NCBI GenBank assembly: GCA_964478275.1
Contig: CAYZHH010000002.1
Coordinates: 1 to 43,078 of the forward strand
Reading direction: 5' to 3'
Length of the DNA: 43,078 bases
Source: an uncultured Candidatus Kuenenia sp.
GTDB lineage: Bacteria > Planctomycetota > Planctomycetia > Pirellulales > UBA1268
Part shown: in pieces, positions 36,659-43,078 of the stretch
Layout of the letters: each line of letters opens with the position of its first letter
Numbering within the stretch: position 1 is the first letter of the stretch
Notes under the pieces: generated by a model
Database searches by the model: none
Seen by the model: the letters and a program-made list of their open reading frames with translations, nothing else
Told to the model about the DNA's origin: nothing
Position numbers and translations under genes: made by a program

Positions 36659-39352
36659 CTACTCGCGGCTGCCAAGAGACCACAGGGCGTCGTGGGTGCG
36701 AAGCAGAATGCGACCGTCTACGCAGACGGGCGTGGCCACTGTCATCTCCTCGACGGCGCCGGTGCCGATGATCGGGGGCTCGCCCTCGCCAGCCCGCGGC
36801 AGCGCGAGCACGTGCGACACGCCATCCTCCCGCGTGACGATCACGCGGCCGTCGACGATCACGGGCGACGAGCTATAGGCGTTGCGGTTCTTGGGAAGTT
36901 CCTTCTCCCAAAGCGTTTTTCCTGTCGCGGCATCCAGGCCCACGACGCGTCCCTTGTCGGAGCAGACGACGACGTGACCATCCTTCGCCGCCGGCGTGGG
37001 CACGTCGGAGCCAACATCGTTTCGCACCCAGGCGACATGGCTCTGGGTCACATCCCCCTGGCCACCTCGGCGAATCGCGGTGATCGAGTTGCCGCGGGCA
37101 TAGGGAGCGATGATGAGATCATCAATCGCGACCGGTGACGCGATCGACCGAAAGAAACCGTCCTGCGTGGGATTCAATCCGCCCACTCGCCACACTTCAC
37201 GACCGTTGGCGGCGTCATGCGCCGTGACATGATCGGCCCCGAGCACTACGAGCATCTCCGCAGGCTCGTCCTTGGCCGCGTCGCCCGCGAGCACGAGCGG
37301 TGTGGAGTAGCTCTGAGCCGCCTCCTTGGGCGCGTCGAGGATGCGGTCTTGCTTCCAAAGCATCTTGCCAGTCAGCCGATCGAAGGCGACAAGATAGCTC
37401 GGGCCGTCTTGCATCACCGCCACGATGATCGACTTCTTTGTGAGGACCGGGGAGGTGCCGAGATCCCACCAAAGCGTGTCTGCTCCAAAGCGTTTTTGGA
37501 GGTTTGTCGTCCAGACCACGTCGCCATCGGTGAGTTTCAAACATGCCAGCTCGCCGCTCTTGAAGTACACCCACGCATGCGTGCCGTCGGTGACCGGCGA
37601 AGGGTTCGCCCCCGTGGCCTTCTTGTGCTTCGCGGGCCGCTCATCGCCGAGCAATCGCCGCCACCGCTCCTTGCCGTCGCGACCTACGCAGATCACGGCG
37701 TCCTTGCCGTCGAGCCCACACGTCACGACGATCGCGTCGCCCCACACCACCGGCGTGCTGGCACCGAGCCCCGGCAGTGCCACGCGCCAAAGAACATTGG
37801 TGCCTTGGTCACCCGCCTCTCCCGGTGGCTGCCATTCGGCCACGTAGCCTGCACCGGCTGCGACGCCGTCGAGCCCTTCACCCCGCCAGTTGGGCCAGTC
37901 CGCGACACGCTCCCCTCGCGAAACAGAAACGGCTTCCGTCTGCTTGGCTCCCGGCGACCGTCCCTGCCCTGGCCTCCACCAGGCATCGAGGCTCGCCTGC
38001 AGGTCTTTGACGACATCGGCCTCGGTTGCCGCAAGGTCTTTGGCTTCGTGCGGATCGGCTGCGACGTCAAACAGTTCCACTTCGCCCCGCGCGAAGCGGG
38101 CCTGTGATTCGGCATCGACCTTGCGCGCCTCATGCTTCGGAAGGCCACCACCTTCGATGCGAGCCGTGACCGGCTCGACGAGCTTCCAGAGATGGTCGCC
38201 GTCTCGGCGGACGGTCCATCGCCAGAGCAGACTCTTGGCAGGCTCGTCGAGGTCCACGAGCGTGTGCGTGTAACACTCGCCAAAAAGCTGTTTCCGTGCG
38301 GCGGCCTTCTCAGCGTCCAAGAGGTTCAATCCTGGCAGCCCCGCGGGCACCGGCACACCACACGCCGCAAGAATCGTCGGCATGATGTCGAGCGAGCTGG
38401 CGAGGGCTTCCGATCGCGCCGGTGCGATCGTGCCGGGCTGGCGAAGCATGATGGGCGTTCGCAAGCCGCCGTCGTAGGGGGACAGCTTCGAGCGAGCTGC
38501 AAACCACGGCTGATCCACATGCTGGATCCAGCCATTGTCGGTGACATACACGACGAGTGTGTCGGCCGAGAGTTTTTCAGTGTCGAGGAAGCCAAGGAGG
38601 TCGCCGACGGTGCGGTCAAATCGCTCGACGTTTCCCCAGTAGCGGGCCACGTGGACGCTGTCGGTCTTCGAGGAATAGTGCTCGACGAACTCGGCCGGCG
38701 GATCGTGTGGGGTGTGCGGGAGCATCGGCGCATACCACACGAAGAACGGCTTCTCGGCGGCGCGGGCTCGCTTCACGAAGTCGTAGACCGGCTCCATCGA
38801 CTTGCGGCCGATGGAAAGCCCTTCGTCGCCATGCCGCTGACCCGTCGTCATCCCCTCGTCGAAACCGCCCCGTCGGAAACTCCCCTGCCACCATTTTCCC
38901 GTCTGAAAGCTCGTGTAGCCGCGCTCGCCGAGGAGTTTTGGGAGGGTGGGCCAGGCCTCGAGGTGCTTCGTCATCTGCTCGCGGCCAGCCTCGAGGGCCG
39001 CCTTCCCGGCAGGCGATTTTTGCGGAACGTCGGGTGACTCCGGCGGGTCGTTCCCCACCACGAGGTGCTCGTGCGGGTAGCGGCCCGTGATGAGCGAGGC
39101 CAAGCTCGGGCAGCAGAGGCTCGACGGCACATAGCCCCGCGTGAACACCAGGCTCTCGGCGGCGAGGCGGTCGAGCGAGGGCGTGCGGAGGTGCTCGTGG
39201 CCCATGAAGCCGTAGTCGCCCCAATGCTGGTCGTCAGAGAGGATGAGGATCACGTTGGGCGGGGCGGCCTGCGTCGCGGCCGCGCCCAGCAGGCTCGCTC
39301 CCGCTACCAAGAGGACCGCGACAGCGAGCCGAGCGCGGAAGGATTTTCCCAT
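36659..39352 (-). CDS. Sulfatase-domain protein with a non-canonical C-C-P-S-L motif, fused to a C-terminal PQQ-like/BamB-like beta-propeller
   Basis: I prefer ATG 39352 (GAGGAG 6 nt upstream), which starts the signal peptide MGKSFRARLAVAVLLVAGASLLGAAATQA. ILSDDQHWGD is present. The motif is LCCPSLASLITGR (39101-39115), with Leu where Arg is expected. From ~37897 onward the sequence is WPNWRGEGLDG... with repeated W/G-rich blades typical of PQQ-like propellers. Confidence 0.85.
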   Translation of the reverse strand: MGKSFRARLAVAVLLVAGASLLGAAATQAAPPNVILILSDDQHWGDYGFMGHEHLRTPSLDRLAAESLVFTRGYVPSSLCCPSLASLITGRYPHEHLVVGNDPPESPDVPQKSPAGKAALEAGREQMTKHLEAWPTLPKLLGERGYTSFQTGKWWQGSFRRGGFDEGMTTGQRHGDEGLSIGRKSMEPVYDFVKRARAAEKPFFVWYAPMLPHTPHDPPAEFVEHYSSKTDSVHVARYWGNVERFDRTVGDLLGFLDTEKLSADTLVVYVTDNGWIQHVDQPWFAARSKLSPYDGGLRTPIMLRQPGTIAPARSEALASSLDIMPTILAACGVPVPAGLPGLNLLDAEKAAARKQLFGECYTHTLVDLDEPAKSLLWRWTVRRDGDHLWKLVEPVTARIEGGGLPKHEARKVDAESQARFARGEVELFDVAADPHEAKDLAATEADVVKDLQASLDAWWRPGQGRSPGAKQTEAVSVSRGERVADWPNWRGEGLDGVAAGAGYVAEWQPPGEAGDQGTNVLWRVALPGLGASTPVVWGDAIVVTCGLDGKDAVICVGRDGKERWRRLLGDERPAKHKKATGANPSPVTDGTHAWVYFKSGELACLKLTDGDVVWTTNLQKRFGADTLWWDLGTSPVLTKKSIIVAVMQDGPSYLVAFDRLTGKMLWKQDRILDAPKEAAQSYSTPLVLAGDAAKDEPAEMLVVLGADHVTAHDAANGREVWRVGGLNPTQDGFFRSIASPVAIDDLIIAPYARGNSITAIRRGGQGDVTQSHVAWVRNDVGSDVPTPAAKDGHVVVCSDKGRVVGLDAATGKTLWEKELPKNRNAYSSSPVIVDGRVIVTREDGVSHVLALPRAGEGEPPIIGTGAVEEMTVATPVCVDGRILLRTHDALWSLGSRE

Positions 39353-39464
39353 GATGAACTCCTCGGGATCAGCCGTTGCGGCGGCACACGGCGCGAAGCG
39401 AGGATTATGGCATGAGGGCGGGGCGATTCCCACCATTGATAGGGATTCAACAGCTGATTGTGAC

Positions 39465-40090
39465 ATGCACCGACGCGGTCAGCTTCTTCTCGTCTTGGTT
39501 GCGGCCGTGAGTGGCCACACGGTGAGCCGGTGCCAAGCCGGCTACGCCGCGGGCAGCCGCCGAGCTATTTTTCGCCCTACAAGATCCCAACGCTCACCGA
39601 TGGCCCGGCGGGGGAATACCTCACCGATCGCGAGGCTGCTGAGGCGGTGCGGTTCATCACGGCCCACAAGGACGGGCCGTTCTTGCTTTATCTGCCCCAC
39701 TACTGCGTCCACACGCCGATCCAGGGGAAGAAAGACGTCACGGCGAAGTACGCCGCCAAGCAAGCGCTGGACCAAGAGCCTCGAAACGATGCCTACGCCG
39801 CGATGGTGGAAAGCGTCGACGACTCGCTCGGGCGGATTCTCGCAACGCTCGATGCCCTCGGCATCCGTGAGAACACCGTGATCTTCTTCACCAGCGACAA
39901 CGGTGGCCAGGTGAGCGTGACCGACAACCGTCCTCTGCGGGCCGGCAAGGGCTCCGCCTACGAGGGGGGTGTCCGCGTGCCCTTTATTGTTTCGCTGCCG
40001 GGCGTCACGAAGCCCGGCAGCACGTGCGACACTCCGGTCATCACGCCCGACATCCCTGCCACGATTCTGGCAATCACAGGCGTTGACCCC
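39465..40090 (+). pseudogene. Sulfatase remnant (signal-peptide-like start, catalytic N-terminal region deleted, frameshifted, degraded 3' end)
   Basis: ATG 39465 encodes MHRRGQLLLVLVAAVSG. A different frame (39530 onward) then gives the mid and C-terminal sulfatase blocks YLTDREAAEAVRFI..PFLLYLPHYCVHTP, VIFFTSDNGG, GKGSAYEGGVRVPFIV and DIPATILAITGV. There is no DDxG or CxPxR region. Confidence 0.7.
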
Positions 40091-40487
40091 AACTCCACTC
40101 AGCCGCGCGGGGTAACGCGAGCCGAGGCAGCCGAACAGGTGCTCACTCCAATACGCTTCCCGCGAGGGATTACCCGTGCCATGGAGCCGGCGTTGGAGGC
40201 CGAGCGCAGCCAGGATGGCGAAACGAGGGCTACACCGAGCGACCGAAGGGCAGGATGCCCGAAGGAAGCGTCCGGCGATGTGGCACGGGCAACTCCGAGC
40301 CGCGGATCGGGTCGCCAAAAAAGAGCCGGACGCTGCGGTTGATGCGACCCGTATGCTCCGGTTCCGGAGGAACCGGTCTACAACGTGAGGGGGCCGAACC
40401 GCGGCGCTGTCGTTTGCAGCTTCTCACTCGATCCATTGAAATACCGGCCCACCGATTTCTCCCTCGCACCGCCCGGAGCCCTCCCCA

Positions 40488-41693
40488 ATGCCCAAAGCCA
40501 CCGTCGCCTCGCTCGCACCCGCTGGCAAGGCGGTCCTTGTCCGCGTCGATTTCAATGTTCCCCAGGACGATACGGGGGCCATCACGGACGACCGGCGGAT
40601 TCGCATGGCGCTGCCAACCATCAAGTCGATCATCGATCGCGGCGGGAAGGCCATCCTCATGTCGCATCTCGGGCGGCCCGGTGGCAAAGGTTTTGAGGCG
40701 GCCTTCTCGATGGCACCCGTCGCCAAGCGGCTCGGCGAGCTGCTCGGCATGCCGGTCGCCCTGGCGAGCGATACCGGTGGCCCCGACTCGCACGCGAAGG
40801 CTGCGGCCCTGCCTGCCGGCGGCGTGCTCGTGCTCGAGAACGTGCGATTCAACAAGGGAGAGAAGAAGGGAGATGATCCGGCGTATGTCGACGGTCTCGC
40901 GAGCCTCGCAGGCGCCTATGTCAACGACGCCTTCGGAACCTGCCACCGCACCGAGGCGAGCATGTATGCCGTGCCCGTCGCCATGAAGAAGCATGGCAAG
41001 CCAGTGGTGTCGGGCTTCTTGGTCGAGAAGGAGATCGCGTATCTCGCCGACGCGATCGCGACGCCCAAGCGGCCGTTCGTGGCGATCCTCGGCGGTAAAA
41101 AAGTCTCCGACAAGATCGCCGTGATTGAAAACCTGCTGGGGATCTGTGACCACGTGCTGATCGGCGGCGCGATGGCCTACACGTTCTCACTTGCCCAGGG
41201 TGGCAAGACTGGAAAGAGCCTCGTCGAGACCGACAAGGTGGAGCTGGCAAAGGCCCTGCTCGCGAAGGCCGCTGGCAAGCTTGTGCTGCCGGTAGACACC
41301 CACTGCGCCGATGATTTTTCCGGCACGGCCAACAAGAAGGTCGTGCCCGCTGGAGAGATCCCGGACGGCTTTGAAGGGCTCGATATCGGCCCGGAGACGG
41401 CCCGTCAGTATGCCGAAATCGTCCGCTCGGCAGGCACGGTTGTGTGGAACGGGCCGATGGGCGTCTTCGAGATGCCGCCGTTTGACGCCGGCACGAAGGC
41501 CGTGGCCGACGCGGTGGCCGATGCAACCGCCAAGGGCGCCGTGACGATCATTGGTGGCGGCGACTCGGCCGCGGCGGTGGAGCAGCTTGGCTATGCAGAC
41601 AAAGTCAGCCATGTCTCCACCGGTGGCGGCGCATCGCTCGAAATGCTCGAGGGCAAAGCCTTCGAGACCGTGGCCGTGCTCGACGACGCGTGA
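40488..41693 (+). CDS. pgk: Phosphoglycerate kinase
   Basis: [27 protein letters not shown], and [13 protein letters not shown]...[12 protein letters not shown]. Length is 401 aa. Confidence 0.97.
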   Translation: MPKATVASLAPAGKAVLVRVDFNVPQDDTGAITDDRRIRMALPTIKSIIDRGGKAILMSHLGRPGGKGFEAAFSMAPVAKRLGELLGMPVALASDTGGPDSHAKAAALPAGGVLVLENVRFNKGEKKGDDPAYVDGLASLAGAYVNDAFGTCHRTEASMYAVPVAMKKHGKPVVSGFLVEKEIAYLADAIATPKRPFVAILGGKKVSDKIAVIENLLGICDHVLIGGAMAYTFSLAQGGKTGKSLVETDKVELAKALLAKAAGKLVLPVDTHCADDFSGTANKKVVPAGEIPDGFEGLDIGPETARQYAEIVRSAGTVVWNGPMGVFEMPPFDAGTKAVADAVADATAKGAVTIIGGGDSAAAVEQLGYADKVSHVSTGGGASLEMLEGKAFETVAVLDDA

Positions 41694-41720
41694 GGCCGGG
41701 TCGCACGAACCGCGGGCCAT

Positions 41721-41877
41721 CGCCGGGGGCTTCTATTCGTTTGCCGCGACGCGACGCATAGAAGCCCCTCGCGATAGCGAGGGGGCGGCGGGTCGTTGGG
41801 CGAGCCCGGTCCCAATTGAAAACACGGGGCGACCTTCCACCCGCAGCCACCCGGCTGGCGCCGGGGGCTTCTATTCG
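41721..41877. repeat. 19-nt direct repeat CGCCGGGGGCTTCTATTCG (two copies) with one complementary arm and an overlapping second hairpin
   Basis: The copies lie at 41721-41739 and 41859-41877. GGGGCTTCTAT (41726-41736) is complementary to ATAGAAGCCCC (41758-41768). CCCCTCGC-gata-GCGAGGGG (41765-41784) shares the CCCC run with that arm. The region lies between convergent pgk and the SHD1-like gene. Confidence 0.8.
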
Positions 41878-41888
41878 GACAGCGTGCC

Positions 41889-43078
41889 CTACAACCCGGC
41901 GGTGTCGGTCGGGGCGGGTGCAGCGACGGCCTGCGCCTTGATGGCCCGCTCCTTCACGTCACGGCGGGCGGCGATCCGCACGGCGGCTCCTCCCACGTAG
42001 TCGCGGTCGTGGCCGCTCAGGTTCTCGAGCGGCACGCGGAGCCGTTGGCCGTTGGCCTCGAGCACGCAGGTGCCGTCCGTGGCCACGTCGACGAGCGTTG
42101 CCACAAGAGCGTGGGCACCGCTGGCATGAATCCACCGTCGGGCAGGCTCGACCGCCGTGACAAAGGGACTGGTCGCGGCCGGCTCTTCGGTAAAGGGATC
42201 AACAGGCACAACCGGAGCGGGCACAGCAGGTGCAGGTGCATCATTCGGTTCCACTGGCTCGCTGTCGGATGGCGCGAACGGATCGCTCACAGCGGGCTCG
42301 ACCGGCGCAGTCTCGGGGGCCGCAGCCGGCTCCTCTGGCATGACCGTATCGACGGCATCTCCGGGCTCGTCCGCTGGGGCGGCATCAGCAGGAGCTGGTA
42401 CCGCGACGGCGGGCTCGTCGCCAAACAGATCGCTTTCGCCCGCATCGGCCGGCGGCACGGGATCGGCGGCGGCCGGCGCTTCGTCGTCAAAAGAATTCCC
42501 AGGCTCGTCGGGCGTTTTCGGAAACGGCAAGGCGGGGCTCGCGGCGCTCGAGCCCCCGTCGACATCGTCGAACAGGTTGGGCTCTTCGGGCGCGGGCTCC
42601 GGTACGGGCTGTGGTGCCGGTTCGGGCGTTGTCGCGGGAGCAGGCGCGGGCTCTTCCTCGGATTCCGGTGCAGACGCAGGAACAGTCTCAGGAATCGGTT
42701 CGGGCGTCGCCGCGGGCTCCGGGCTCGGCGCGGGCTCCGGTTCGCCCACTGTCGCAGGCTCGGGTGCTGGAGGCGGAGTGGGCTCCTCTTCCATGACGGG
42801 CTCGACGCCTGGGACCAGAGGGCCTGGAGCCGCTGGTTCTTCGTCGATGGCCGGCTGCGGCGGCAGGTCTGACTCGGGCGGGATGGCCGTGGCGGGCGGA
42901 ATCGCAATCGGGTCAGAAGGCAGTGGCTCATCAGCCGGGCCGGCCGGTGGCTCCGCCGTCGCCGTCTCGTTCAACATCTTGGGCGCTTCCGGCGGCGGCG
43001 TGTCGGTGACGACCTCCGCAATGGGTTCGTCGTTGCTGGCTGGCTGCACGCCTGCGGGGGCGACCGTGGGCTGAAGGT
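41889..43078 (-). CDS. P/E/A-rich low-complexity protein with C-terminal SHD1-like (SLA1 homology domain 1-type) module, probably partial
   Basis: The C-terminus RRWIHASGAHALVATLVDVATDGTCVLEANGQRLRVPLENLSGHDRDYV resembles the R.W.D.SG.....A.F....DG.V.L....G....VPL..LS..D..YV module common in Planctomycetes. The frame stays open upstream of Met 43049 to the window edge. Confidence 0.65.
   Translation of the reverse strand, partial: LQPTVAPAGVQPASNDEPIAEVVTDTPPPEAPKMLNETATAEPPAGPADEPLPSDPIAIPPATAIPPESDLPPQPAIDEEPAAPGPLVPGVEPVMEEEPTPPPAPEPATVGEPEPAPSPEPAATPEPIPETVPASAPESEEEPAPAPATTPEPAPQPVPEPAPEEPNLFDDVDGGSSAASPALPFPKTPDEPGNSFDDEAPAAADPVPPADAGESDLFGDEPAVAVPAPADAAPADEPGDAVDTVMPEEPAAAPETAPVEPAVSDPFAPSDSEPVEPNDAPAPAVPAPVVPVDPFTEEPAATSPFVTAVEPARRWIHASGAHALVATLVDVATDGTCVLEANGQRLRVPLENLSGHDRDYVGGAAVRIAARRDVKERAIKAQAVAAPAPTDTAGL

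Noticed and set aside
40281-40295. Perfect TGGCACG upstream of pgk, considered as a sigma-54 -24 box
   Set aside because: The sequence at the -12 position is ACTC rather than TTGC, with no GC at the required spacing.
40358-40376. 8-bp inverted repeat CCGGTTCC-gga-GGAACCGG about 110 nt upstream of pgk
   Set aside because: The repeat is real, but there is no T-tract, no second copy and no obvious link to a regulator. It may be a leftover terminator of the decayed sulfatase gene. There is too little evidence to call it a feature.
40230-41153. 307-aa minus-strand ORF opposite pgk
   Set aside because: pgk on the plus strand is unambiguous. The antisense ORF is R/G/H-rich with no motif.
42157-43074. 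305-aa G/S/A-rich plus-strand ORF
   Set aside because: It is the mirror image of the P/E/A-rich minus-strand ORF. I chose the minus strand because its C-terminus forms a recognisable SHD1-like module and it ends convergently with pgk. Strand choice within low-complexity DNA remains somewhat uncertain.
1-43078. Scan for tRNA/rRNA genes, CRISPR arrays, IS elements, integrases and prophage genes
   Set aside because: None was recognised by eye. Apart from the DUF1559 duplication, the heptamer and the pgk-downstream repeat, I saw no regularly spaced direct repeats, T-loop-like GTTCGAATC motifs or transposase-like ORFs. A proper tRNAscan, Infernal and ISfinder run would be needed to exclude small elements.

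Overview
High-GC window (roughly 65% by eye) that looks like a Planctomycetota chromosome. The basis is two prepilin-type DUF1559/H-X9-DG proteins, a P/E/A-rich protein with an SHD1-like C-terminus, and very high sulfatase density; the taxon call is inference. I support about 30 protein genes, several pseudogenes or remnants, and a few repeat or regulatory candidates. I saw no rRNA, tRNA, CRISPR array, transposase or integrase. Layout: (1) 1-3.4 kb, minus strand: SGNH esterase(s) and a sulfatase/alpha-beta-hydrolase fusion. (2) An SNF2 helicase with a SWIM finger. (3) A truncated TIM-barrel glycosidase-like gene, an FAH-family hydrolase and, divergently, uxaC. (4) A histidine kinase plus a sigma-54 enhancer-binding response regulator, followed by a near-consensus -24/-12 promoter, two tandem DUF1559 pseudopilin-like genes and a sigma-70 factor. 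(5) A housekeeping block (apt, mnmA, floA), a small ORF and a TAT-signal Gfo/Idh/MocA oxidoreductase. (6) A decay zone: a multiply damaged CrtI-like pseudogene abutting an N-terminally truncated VapC PIN remnant, then a lower-GC Stf0-type sulfotransferase. (7) A ~16 kb co-directional minus-strand array of five sulfatase genes, then DUF485, actP and a GNAT. Three of the sulfatase genes are double-sulfatase fusions of diverged domains and one is a sulfatase/beta-propeller fusion. (8) A sulfatase remnant, pgk, a repeat-bearing convergent intergenic region and a partial SHD1-like protein. The two best candidates for something not yet described are the translationally coupled multi-domain sulfatase operon, which includes two non-canonical active-site motifs, and the PilS/PilR-like sigma-54 module apparently wired to a DUF1559 gene pair whose first member may carry a 67-aa acidic leader. 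All functional calls rest on motif recognition by eye; no database search was run.
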